In this document: positions 14,871 through 22,948 of the stretch, one piece after another | Numbering within the stretch: the first letter of the stretch is position 1 | Layout: each line of letters opens with the position of its first letter | Source: Promethearchaeota archaeon | GTDB lineage: Archaea > Asgardarchaeota > Lokiarchaeia > Sigyniarchaeales > Sigyniarchaeaceae | Reading direction: 5' to 3' | Assembly (NCBI GenBank): GCA_041305945.1 | Contig: JBGLND010000001.1 | Span: forward strand, 1,427,753 to 1,451,752 | DNA length: 24,000 nt | Position numbers and translations under genes: made by a program | The notes under the pieces: generated by a model | Told to the model about the DNA's origin: nothing | Database searches by the model: none | What the model saw: only the letters and a program-made list of their open reading frames with translations

Positions 14871-15944
14871 TCATTCGTTTCTTTCATGCAAGGCTGGAAG
14901 AAATGAGAATGCGTTCGTGAACGACGCGTCCAGCGCTTGTTTGATGTTTCTATCCCCCGCGGGTGCTTGCTTGGACAAGATGGCATCCGTCGATCTGGAG
15001 AACATCACGAATGCCTTGTCCATCAAGTTGTCCTGGTTTTTGAATGCCATATATATGCTTGCGACCGTGGTTTGTTTGACCAGCACCGTGATGTCGTCGA
15101 ACACGATCTTCTGCACCTTCAAGGCACGTTCATGTCCCGCATTCGGGCTGGAGCCAATGCCATCCAGCGCCCGCTGCACGCGCTCTTCCAAGCCACCGGT
15201 CCTGTCCGAGCCGGGGAACGTCCGCCGGTACAACATGTTCTTGCCTGTGTCCCTCACTTCCACCATCAATAGCAGCGACGGCGACATGAACAGCGCGGCA
15301 GGGAACCGGGCGACGATGGCCGCCTCCGTTGCGAACATGATGAACGGCGGGATGATGACCGCGTAGGTTGGTAGCAACTGCGCGATGGTCAAGGGATACA
15401 GGACCAAGATCAATATAACGCTCACCACGATGAGCGCTGGGAACACCAGGAAAGCGGGTTCCAGGCGCTCGCCCCGCACGCGCCGCACGGTGGTCGTGAT
15501 GTACTCACGCTGGACGGCGAGCAGCAGCACGAGCATGCCGAACATACCAACGCGCTCCAGCGGCGAGAACACGACCGTGTGGTCGGTGAACGATGCCGGT
15601 TCGAGGAACACGGATACCACCGTGACGGTCACAAGCGTCATGCTTGCCACGATCACGTATTTATTGCGTCCTTTCAGCGGGCCAACCAGCATCGTGAAAA
15701 ACTTGATGGCAAAATGGAACCCGCAAGACACGAACACCACGCCGATGAGCGCCGCCTCCGGGTTCGAGAACAGCCGTCCCAGGTAAAAAAAAATGCCATA
15801 CATGCCGATGCAAATGTTTCCAAGGGCGCACGGGAACACCGGGGGGTACCCCTTCCTCGATAGCCTCGCGAGCAAGACAAACCCCGATAGGAACGGCGGC
15901 AAGCTACCCGCGAGCCACAAGACCGTCTCTGCTGCTGTCACCAT
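14871..15944 (-). CDS. uncharacterised 7-TM membrane protein with ~135-aa C-terminal soluble domain (paralog A)
   Basis: Seven hydrophobic segments followed by a soluble tail ending AFSFLPALHERNE. Colinear with paralog B, sharing W-L-x-G-x-LPP, VFLEPAxFT, PLERV, FLVFPxLI, VYPLxIAxxLPTY, FPAAxFxSPS, LVEVR, VFxDITVL and AFSFLPALH. ATG 15944 aligns the N-termini (the track starts at TTG 15956). Confidence 0.75.
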   Translation of the reverse strand: MVTAAETVLWLAGSLPPFLSGFVLLARLSRKGYPPVFPCALGNICIGMYGIFFYLGRLFSNPEAALIGVVFVSCGFHFAIKFFTMLVGPLKGRNKYVIVASMTLVTVTVVSVFLEPASFTDHTVVFSPLERVGMFGMLVLLLAVQREYITTTVRRVRGERLEPAFLVFPALIVVSVILILVLYPLTIAQLLPTYAVIIPPFIMFATEAAIVARFPAALFMSPSLLLMVEVRDTGKNMLYRRTFPGSDRTGGLEERVQRALDGIGSSPNAGHERALKVQKIVFDDITVLVKQTTVASIYMAFKNQDNLMDKAFVMFSRSTDAILSKQAPAGDRNIKQALDASFTNAFSFLPALHERNE

Positions 15945-15982
15945 GCGAACCCACAACTCCGCGCGTGACTAGCGACGGGGCC

Positions 15983-15990
15983 ATATAAAT
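15983..15990 (-). promoter_or_regulatory. TATA box (minus strand ATTTATAT) ~43 nt upstream of the paralog A ATG
   Basis: Minus strand reads GGATTTATATGG. The geometry matches the paralog B promoter (~41 nt). Confidence 0.45.
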
Positions 15991-16026
15991 CCATACATCC
16001 CGCCGGGACGGCGTGAACGCGGGCGT

Positions 16027-17100
16027 TCACGGGTCACGCTTGTGCAACGCGGGAAGGAACGAGAAGGCGTCCACGAAGCAGCGGTTGAGCCCGGTCTCGA
16101 TGGTCGCAGTGTCCTTTCCATTGTTATTCGAGAAAAAAACGTTCACGGAATCATTGAAGTTGCGAAACGTGGTTTCAAGGAGCTCGTCCGGGCGATCGAT
16201 GAGCATGAAGGCGACGTTCCCGTCATGGTGATCGAAGAGAACGGTGATGTCTTGGAACACGAGTTTCTTCAACACGGTCTCCTTCCCGCTACCACCTTTC
16301 ATCCTCGCCATGACCTCGTTCACCATCGAAACCACCGGCTCGAGCGAATCGTCCTGTGGCTGGCCGCGGGCAAGCGCCCGTTGGAATAGCGTCGTGCCCC
16401 CCGGCCCCCGCACCTCGACGAGCAACGGCACGGACGGGCTCAAGAACATCGCCGCGGGAAACGTCGCCACCAGCATCGTCTCGGCGGTGAACGCGAACCA
16501 CGGCGGCACGATCACGACGTACGTGGGCAAGGCGCCCGCGATGCTCAGCGGGTAGACGACGAGGATCATGGCGAAGCCGGTCGTGATCAGCACGGGAAAC
16601 ACAAGGAACTTCGCGCTCAAGGACTCGCGGTGCACGCGCTGGATGGTGTGCACCATGAAGTCGAGCTGTATGAACAAGGAACATGCAAGCAACGAGAGCA
16701 TGCACACGCGTTCGAGCGGCGCGAACAATATCGTCGCCTCCGTGAATGTAGCGGGCTCGAGAAACACGTCCACGAGCATGATGATTCCCAGGATGCCGAC
16801 AACGCGTGCCAGCACGCGGGGATACTTTCTCGTGCTCCCGAACATTTGCTCGAAAAACGTGCACGCGAAGTAAAATCCAATCGCAAGCGAGAACAAGCCA
16901 AGGAAAATCAATTCCGTGTTCGACATCAACCGGGCAAAGAAATAGAACACGCCAAACATACCGACGAAGATGTCCCCCGCCGCGCACGACGTCACGGGCG
17001 GGAAGCCCCTCTTCCGGTACTTCAAGAGCAAGCACAAACCCGCCGTGATGGGGGGCAAACCACCCAGTAGCCACGTCGCAAGCTCGAATGTAGATGCCAT
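16027..17100 (-). CDS. uncharacterised 7-TM membrane protein with ~135-aa C-terminal soluble domain (paralog B)
   Basis: 357-aa ATG ORF with the same architecture and conserved blocks as paralog A (identity not computed; many conserved blocks by eye). Ends AFSFLPALHKRDP. Confidence 0.75.
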   Translation of the reverse strand: MASTFELATWLLGGLPPITAGLCLLLKYRKRGFPPVTSCAAGDIFVGMFGVFYFFARLMSNTELIFLGLFSLAIGFYFACTFFEQMFGSTRKYPRVLARVVGILGIIMLVDVFLEPATFTEATILFAPLERVCMLSLLACSLFIQLDFMVHTIQRVHRESLSAKFLVFPVLITTGFAMILVVYPLSIAGALPTYVVIVPPWFAFTAETMLVATFPAAMFLSPSVPLLVEVRGPGGTTLFQRALARGQPQDDSLEPVVSMVNEVMARMKGGSGKETVLKKLVFQDITVLFDHHDGNVAFMLIDRPDELLETTFRNFNDSVNVFFSNNNGKDTATIETGLNRCFVDAFSFLPALHKRDP

Positions 17101-17136
17101 GGAACCGTCTCCTAGTTGCTTATCGCGCCGTATACA

Positions 17137-17145
17137 CTATTAAAG
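17137..17145 (-). promoter_or_regulatory. TATA box (minus strand CTTTAATAG) ~41 nt upstream of the paralog B ATG
   Basis: Minus strand reads GCTTTAATAGTGTATA, in the 90-bp divergent spacer shared with the FAD oxidoreductase gene. Confidence 0.45.
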
Positions 17146-17190
17146 CTTCCAGCCCATTCTCCAGTAGTAACCGGATCGCGTGATTGATGC

Positions 17191-18555
17191 GTGGCGAAAA
17201 AAATCTACAGGGAAACGGAACGCGACATCCCCGTCGTGGCCAAGGTCGACGTGCTCGTCGTGGGTGGATCGCAAAGTGGCGTTGCTGCAGCCGTGAGTGC
17301 CTCTCGTCGTGGTGCAAGCGTGCTTCTCGTCGAACGTAATTGCTTTCTTGGAGGCCAATCCGTTGCAACGATGGTGGTGCAATGGGAGAAACGTGCGTTT
17401 ATCAACAACTTGGGAGCTGTTGCTACCCGTGGCATCGCGAAGGAAATGCTGGATCGCATCCTCGCGAAAGGAGGCTCCGATGCCTTGTGGAACGACCCGC
17501 CGGGTTGCCCCGAGATGCGCGATGGCGAGGAATGGCTCGACGTGGAGGCGATCAAGATCACGCTGCTGGAGATGTGCTTGGAAGCCAAGGTCGGCCTCCT
17601 GCTCGACACGATGTGCGTCGGGGCGATGGTGGACAAGGATGGCCCGTCGCCACGCGTCACGGGTATCATAGTCGAGAACAAGGGCGGCCGGCAAGTCATC
17701 GAGGCGCGCGTCACCATCGACGCGACGGCATACTTGGACGTCGGGTGGTTTGCCGGGGGCGAGGGTGCAGTCATCGTGCATCCCGTTCCCGAGCGCATCG
17801 GCCCTGGCTGGTACACCATCTTCGATGGCATCGATTCGGGCAGGTTCATCGACCACGTGCTCTCGCACGGCGGCATATCCGGGTATCCATCGCTGGAAAA
17901 CCCGGCCAAGGTGCGCTACCACCTCGCCACGAACCGGTTGCTCTTGTTCCGGGGCTTCGGGGACACGCTCGACGAGGCGTTCGAGAAGGGCCTCCTGGAC
18001 AATTGGCCCGAGGGGCTTTCCTTGCCATTCGCACTGAACACGAAATGGTGGGGCGGCACGAGGTGGTGCACGAGCATGGACGGCATCAAGGAGCTGGACG
18101 CGATGGATGGCTTCGCCTTGTCCAAGGCCGAGATCCAGCGCCAGCTCGTCGATTGGATCACGCTGCAAGTGTTCCGGTTGTTACCCGGCTGGGAGAAAGC
18201 GTACATCGCACGTACGTCCACGCGCATAGGTCTGCGGGAAACCCGCGTGCTCAAGGCCGTCACCATGCTGGCTCGCAAGGACATCTTCGAGCCCGATCAC
18301 GCGCGCCTCGATTGTGTCGGGCGTTCGGGCGCGCACGACCCGGGGAAAAACAAGCTGTGGCACGCGTATCCCGTCCCGTACGGCATCATGGTACCTGAAA
18401 AGCTTGATGGCCTCTTGTGCTGCTCCCGCACCATCGGTGCTGCAGACCGTACCGCCCTCGACGCCCATCGAGGGATAACGCCGACGATCGTGGTGGGCGA
18501 GGCCGCGGGGGGTGTCGTGTCGCTGCTGGCGGTGCAGAAAATAAAAACAGCTTAA
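17191..18555 (+). CDS. FAD-dependent oxidoreductase (FAD_oxidored / GIDA-like Rossmann N-terminus)
   Basis: GTG start, because an in-frame TGA lies at 17185-17187. Dinucleotide-binding motif VDVLVVGGSQSGVAAAVSASRRGASVLLVERNCFLGG. 454 aa. Confidence 0.7.
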   Translation: MAKKIYRETERDIPVVAKVDVLVVGGSQSGVAAAVSASRRGASVLLVERNCFLGGQSVATMVVQWEKRAFINNLGAVATRGIAKEMLDRILAKGGSDALWNDPPGCPEMRDGEEWLDVEAIKITLLEMCLEAKVGLLLDTMCVGAMVDKDGPSPRVTGIIVENKGGRQVIEARVTIDATAYLDVGWFAGGEGAVIVHPVPERIGPGWYTIFDGIDSGRFIDHVLSHGGISGYPSLENPAKVRYHLATNRLLLFRGFGDTLDEAFEKGLLDNWPEGLSLPFALNTKWWGGTRWCTSMDGIKELDAMDGFALSKAEIQRQLVDWITLQVFRLLPGWEKAYIARTSTRIGLRETRVLKAVTMLARKDIFEPDHARLDCVGRSGAHDPGKNKLWHAYPVPYGIMVPEKLDGLLCCSRTIGAADRTALDAHRGITPTIVVGEAAGGVVSLLAVQKIKTA

Positions 18556-18568
18556 CGCTGTTTTTATT
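18540..18568. terminator. perfect 12-bp inverted repeat AATAAAAACAGC-TTAAC-GCTGTTTTTATT spanning both convergent stop codons
   Basis: Read directly. The left arm and loop contain the TAA (18553-18555) of the oxidoreductase. The right arm contains the stop (18564-18566) of the radical-SAM fragment. Both transcript directions get a T-rich 3' side. Confidence 0.5.
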
Positions 18569-18923
18569 CCCACACCCCCTCGATCTTCATCCCGCATTTT
18601 CCGCAGCGCCCGTCCCCCACCCGCAATTTCTGGACCCGGAACCCCCAGCGCTCGATGAGCAGCTCGCCGCAGCCCGGGCAGAAGGTGTTCTCTCCGGTGT
18701 CGCCGGGCACGTTGCCGGTATAGACATAGCGAAGCCCGGCGGCCAGCCCGATCTCCCGCGCCTTGCGCAGGGTCTGCACGGGGGTGGGGGGCCGGTCGGT
18801 CAGCCGGTAGGTGGGATGGAAGCGGCTGATGTGCCAGGGCGTGTCCGGCCCCAGGTCGTCGACCAGAAACGCCGCCAGCGCCTTGAGTTCATCAGGGGTG
18901 TCGTTCAACCCGGGGACGATGCT
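18564..18923 (-). pseudogene. 3' fragment (~120 codons) of an AmmeMemoRadiSam-type radical SAM enzyme; 5' two-thirds (CxxxCxxC region) missing
   Basis: IVPGLNDTPDELKALAAFL, PWHISRFHPTYRL.DRPPTP, GLRYVYTGNV, CPGCGELLIERWGF and CGKCGMKIEGVW match the C-terminal part of that family. The reading frame upstream hits a TAA at 18936-18938, and the DNA beyond encodes a PfkB kinase on the other strand. Confidence 0.65.
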
Positions 18924-19434
18924 GGCGGCTGCGGGTTACGACCGCGTGCGGTACATTATTGACCACGTTGACATCCTTGCATGCTCCCGGTCAGAGCTGG
19001 GTAAATTGTTCGGGAAAACCACGATCGAGGAGAATGTCGCGTCTTGCTTCTCGAGAACCAGCGTGCGTCTCATCGCCCTGACCTTGAGCGCCGAGGGAAG
19101 CAGGGCATTCACCCGCCACCACGCGACACCCATCGTCCCACCATACAAGGTGCCGGTTGTAGACACCACGGGCGCGGGCGACGCGTTCTGTGCCGGCGTC
19201 TTGCACCGGGCGTGCAAGGAATTGCAAGCAACAAGACCGGCAGGCGGGAGCCGCGTTACCAAGGATGACCTCGATCGCTTGCTGGGGAAGGAGAAAGGTG
19301 TGGCGGGCTTCCTCCTGGATTGTCTGAAGCACGGCAACGCGGTCGCGGCATTCAAGATACGAGCTGAAGGGGCTCAAGGAAACCTTCCCCACGCCAGCCA
19401 GGTCGGCGAACTCATCAGGAACGGGATGCCTTGA
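18919..19434 (+). pseudogene. 5'-truncated PfkB-family carbohydrate kinase (C-terminal ~165 aa only)
   Basis: HVDILACSRSELGKLFG and the PfkB signature-2 VVDTTGAGDAFCAGVL are present. The N-terminal ~130 aa (lid and GG motif) are absent; upstream DNA is the antisense of the radical-SAM fragment. An internal ATG at 18919 could still allow expression. Confidence 0.6.
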
Positions 19435-19442
19435 GCCTCGCA

Positions 19443-20867
19443 TCACGCGAACCTGAACCCGAAAAAGGTGGACCTGGACATCATCACGTGCAGGCGGATG
19501 GTGCAATCATCGTACTCGGAGAAGTCCACCGGCTCTTCCCACGAGACCGGCATCCACGCGATGTCGCCCGTGACGGGCCTGCAGAGCGCCACGGACAGGC
19601 CGGGAAGGTACTGGCCAGTGAGGGCATCCACGATGCCGACCTTGATGGACCCGCCCGGCCTTGCCACGCTGTTTATTTCTAGTGCCAGGCCCTCGTAGGT
19701 GAACGGTCGCGTCCAGAACTCGCCCTCGTCCTTCGCGACGATGCCCGTGAACCCGTCTGCCCGCCACGTGGCGAGGTGGACGCGCCCGTAAGAGGCGTTC
19801 TTGTCCAGGACCTCGTTATGCCGGTGGCCAGGTATGTTGACCGGGATGCCCCACCTGCCGTTTTCCAGGTCGACGATGCCATGGCCCATGTACACGCCGC
19901 CAGCAAGTGGATGGCTGCCCGTGCCCGGGTCGATGATAGGGTTTGTTGGAAGCTTGTGCCAGTTCCGCAAGTCACGGCTGGCATACATCACGATGCACAA
20001 GTCATCGCGTGCGCGCCGGTACACGGCGGGAAAGAGGAGGTATGCATCATTCACGCCCGGCCACGGGTGAAACCCGTTCGTGTACCAGTCGTGGTCTGGT
20101 GGAAAGGCGGGATCGGAAACGAGTACGGGGTCAAGCCGACCCCAGTGCATGAAATCTCGGGTCTCGCCATAATAAATCTGGCGGCGTTGCTGGTCCCAGT
20201 ACCGGAAAAACCCGACATATTGTTGCTTTCCCTCGTGCCAGTGCACGATGGTCTGCGAATCCGCCCACGTTCGGGCGACAGGCTCGGGGTTGATGTCCCA
20301 CGTCAAGCCATCCGCGGACGTGCCACCGTAGCAATACCCGCGCGCGTCCTTGCGGGGGTTATTGGAGCAGTGAACCAGCTTGTAACGCTCGCTCTTCGGA
20401 CAAGCAGGGTTCTCGTCGATGAACACGTAGGGGCCGTGGATGCCGGCGTGGTTGGGATGCATCTCGGGTTTGAAGATGATGTTATTGTCCGTTGACCCCT
20501 GCCACTCGACCATGTGCAAGGCCGGCTTGACCCAGTGCATCCCATCGGTGGACTCCGCGTAGCACAACACGGTCTGCCCGTCCGACGATCCGTGGTAGTC
20601 CGGGTACCCTTCATACCAGAGCCGGTAATTGCCCCCGTCGCGCACTATCGACACGTACGCGCCGAGGATGTCCTTCTCCCACGGCTTGTCGTTAACAAGA
20701 ATCGGTTCGGTCGTGATATCGGGCGCGAAGTTGTCGAGCACCACGCCACGTGGAACCATCACGGGACCGTTCACATTTGCCTTGTACCCGTAACCTGCCT
20801 CGATGAAGATCCAATCAACGAACGTGACTTTCTCGTGTCTATTAAACGAGAGGACTGTTTGCTGCAT
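19443..20867 (-). CDS. glycoside-hydrolase-like beta-propeller protein with C-terminal beta-sandwich (GH32/43/68-clan-like; exact family unresolved)
   Basis: 474-aa ATG ORF. Repeated blade-like blocks: YRLWYEG, AESTDGMHWVKP, GTSADGLTWD, GETRDFMHWGRL, ASRDLRNWHKL. The C-terminal pattern WRADGF..I......GEFWTRPF...G..LEIN......GSIKVGI is typical of such two-domain hydrolases. Confidence 0.45.
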   Translation of the reverse strand: MQQTVLSFNRHEKVTFVDWIFIEAGYGYKANVNGPVMVPRGVVLDNFAPDITTEPILVNDKPWEKDILGAYVSIVRDGGNYRLWYEGYPDYHGSSDGQTVLCYAESTDGMHWVKPALHMVEWQGSTDNNIIFKPEMHPNHAGIHGPYVFIDENPACPKSERYKLVHCSNNPRKDARGYCYGGTSADGLTWDINPEPVARTWADSQTIVHWHEGKQQYVGFFRYWDQQRRQIYYGETRDFMHWGRLDPVLVSDPAFPPDHDWYTNGFHPWPGVNDAYLLFPAVYRRARDDLCIVMYASRDLRNWHKLPTNPIIDPGTGSHPLAGGVYMGHGIVDLENGRWGIPVNIPGHRHNEVLDKNASYGRVHLATWRADGFTGIVAKDEGEFWTRPFTYEGLALEINSVARPGGSIKVGIVDALTGQYLPGLSVALCRPVTGDIAWMPVSWEEPVDFSEYDDCTIRLHVMMSRSTFFGFRFA

Positions 20868-21081
20868 GTCACGGGTCCTTTGTCAGTGAGGAAGATAAAG
20901 CCATCGGGATCACGACGCGGCGGTGGCGCGCCGGCGAGGAACCGTGAAGCTTGCCGTGTTTTTGCATATCTATTCTTAGCTCCCCCGGCGGGAGGTTCCA
21001 GCCACGGCAGGCTGCCACGGGACAACCCGCGGTAATATATGCCATGCAACGTCTGTAGACGTAGGTTACATCGTCACATGC

Positions 21082-21525
21082 GTGATTGATCCGACCATGT
21101 TGCTCGTTCCAACACGATTGAAAACTTCTTCCATCGAGGGCCTCGGGATGTTCGCGGTTGAGGACATCCCGTCTGGCACGAAAATCTGGGAATACAAGGA
21201 AGGCTTCGACCTCGTCTTTTTTCCAGGTGACCTCTTGAAAATGCCATGCTGGCAGGCCCAGTATCTCGAGAAATACTGCTTCATGTTCGAGCAGAAACTC
21301 TACTTCTGCGTCGACGATGCAAGGTATATGAACCACGCGGATGTGCCCAACTGCACCGACCGGATAGACGGGACATACGCGATCAGGGATATCAAGGCGG
21401 GGGAGGAGATCACCTGCGATTACCACAAGATGGGGGTCACCGCGGAGGACATGAAATTCAACGTCGGCTGGATGTGCCACGAATCCGAACAGGAGCATCC
21501 AGATAAAGCCAGCAACACAGGCTAA
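21082..21525 (+). CDS. small SET-domain protein (putative lysine methyltransferase)
   Basis: SSIEGLGMFAVEDIPSGTKIWEY, DDARYMNHADVPN (compare the RFxNHSCxPN motif) and AIRDIKAGEEITCDY (compare the GEELxxDY motif). 147 aa from GTG 21082, or 142 aa from ATG 21097. Confidence 0.75.
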   Translation: MIDPTMLLVPTRLKTSSIEGLGMFAVEDIPSGTKIWEYKEGFDLVFFPGDLLKMPCWQAQYLEKYCFMFEQKLYFCVDDARYMNHADVPNCTDRIDGTYAIRDIKAGEEITCDYHKMGVTAEDMKFNVGWMCHESEQEHPDKASNTG

Positions 21526-21566
21526 CCGGGCAATCTTAGAAAATATTCCATTCCTTATTGTTCCGA

Positions 21567-22868
21567 TCAATGCACGCGCTTGGAAAATATTGACGCGCAC
21601 GTGATGATAATAAAAATAATTGCTGCGAACGCGGCGCTAAGCAAGAATGGAAAGGCAGGATTGACCTGGCCTATGAAGCTCGATATGAACGTCGAGCCGA
21701 ACGTCCCGATCCCTACCAGCCCCTCGTAGATGCCCGCCATTGAACCCTTGCCGGTCTTGGAAAGTTCCATAACGGCGATCAAGCCGATCGCGAACGTGTA
21801 CCCCGAAAACGCACCGTAGACGAACAAGACGGGTAACAAGACGTCCGCGACGGGGAAGAGGAAAATGCATAGGTTCGCGACCGCCATGCCTGCGGGAGCC
21901 ACGACCATCAACCTCGCTTTCAACCGCCACGATTGAATCTTGCCCGCGTGGAAGAACGTGAGGGTTCGCCCCATGCCAAGGCCAAACACGAGGAGTCCCA
22001 CGGCAAGCGACGGGGTAAAGGATGCGAAGAGAACGCCAAGGGACATGTAATCGACCCCGAACGCTGGAAAGATGGAAAAAAGAATCTGGTTGTCAAAAGA
22101 GAACACGAGCGGCGCGCACACGATGCATATCTTGATGAAGATTAAATCGCCCTTGTTCACGGTGGCGGGTGCTTGATCCGTGCCGCCGCTACCGGGCCCC
22201 GAACCGGGAGCGGTTGGACTGGACGGGTGCTCGCCATCTTTCAACACCCGTGAAAGCTCGGTCGGGGAAAGGACCAGGCGCCAGGCCACGATGACGATGC
22301 ACGCGGCCACCGAGATCAAGAGGGCAAACGAGACCGTGGGGCCGGCCACCGCAACCCCGCCGCCGATCAAGGGACCGAAGGACAATCCGATCGACCATGA
22401 AATCATGAACACGCTTAACACGTGCGCATGATGTTCTTTCCCGAATGGTTCGCTTATTTCGGACGAATACGCACCGAGAACGGGGAAGTAAAACCCGAAA
22501 AAAAACGCGACGATGCAATAGATGATGAACAAATGGAGCGGGTGGGTTGCAACCAGCATGATCACCAAGTTGAGCACGGAAAACCCCGTCATGGTGATCA
22601 TCAAGGATGCGCGACGCCCGATCCTGTCCGAGATCTTGCCCAAGAGGATGGGCGAGAACCAGTATATGGCACCCCAGCCGGTCGCAACGAGCCCCACCCA
22701 GAACGCCTTTTCAGCCTCGCCCATGCCAAGCCCGTCTGCCAAGACGACCGTGTACAGCGAGATGGAAAACGTGAACAAGCCTATGCTCACGTCACCGAGA
22801 AACGAGAGCAAGTAAGAAGCACGGGTCGTGCGCGTCACGGTGGCAGGCAAGACGGGAGGAGCGGGCAT
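21567..22868 (-). CDS. MFS transporter (12 TM)
   Basis: MFS loop 2-3 motif GKISDRIGRR. Two six-helix halves are separated by a P/G/S-rich central loop. The likely start is ATG 22868 (MPAPPVL); the track ORF extends to 22991. Confidence 0.75.
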   Translation of the reverse strand: MPAPPVLPATVTRTTRASYLLSFLGDVSIGLFTFSISLYTVVLADGLGMGEAEKAFWVGLVATGWGAIYWFSPILLGKISDRIGRRASLMITMTGFSVLNLVIMLVATHPLHLFIIYCIVAFFFGFYFPVLGAYSSEISEPFGKEHHAHVLSVFMISWSIGLSFGPLIGGGVAVAGPTVSFALLISVAACIVIVAWRLVLSPTELSRVLKDGEHPSSPTAPGSGPGSGGTDQAPATVNKGDLIFIKICIVCAPLVFSFDNQILFSIFPAFGVDYMSLGVLFASFTPSLAVGLLVFGLGMGRTLTFFHAGKIQSWRLKARLMVVAPAGMAVANLCIFLFPVADVLLPVLFVYGAFSGYTFAIGLIAVMELSKTGKGSMAGIYEGLVGIGTFGSTFISSFIGQVNPAFPFLLSAAFAAIIFIIITCASIFSKRVH

Positions 22869-22948
22869 GAATATCCGGGTGCATGGCGCAACGCTTATGG
22901 AGGTGTCTGGTTTGAAAAACCACCGCATGTTCCTCACACGCGAGACAC

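Noticed and set aside
14431-15366. 311-aa plus-strand ORF
   Set aside because: It spans the fwdA start, the intergenic spacer and the antisense of 7-TM paralog A. It is not compatible with the conserved paralog pair on the minus strand.
17179-17190. 11-12-nt match GCGTGATTGAT shared with 21080-21091, both next to start codons
   Set aside because: Roughly ten or more chance 12-mer pairs are expected in a 24-kb window. The frame relationship to the starts also differs.
17140-18398. 342-aa (-) and 352-aa (+, other frame) ORFs overlapping the FAD oxidoreductase
   Set aside because: Only the 17191-18555 frame carries the GxGxxG Rossmann motif and a protein-like composition. The others are R/G/P/H-rich GC artefacts.
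18569-18935. Radical-SAM fragment as a sharp GC island proving foreign origin
   Set aside because: My hand counts give 70-73% GC there. However, blocks in the adjacent oxidoreductase and PfkB genes also reach 68-73%. Composition alone is therefore not decisive, and it is kept only as a weak supporting note.
20869-21600. 243-aa minus-strand ORF
   Set aside because: Antisense to the SET-domain CDS, which has clear family motifs. It also spans two intergenic regions.
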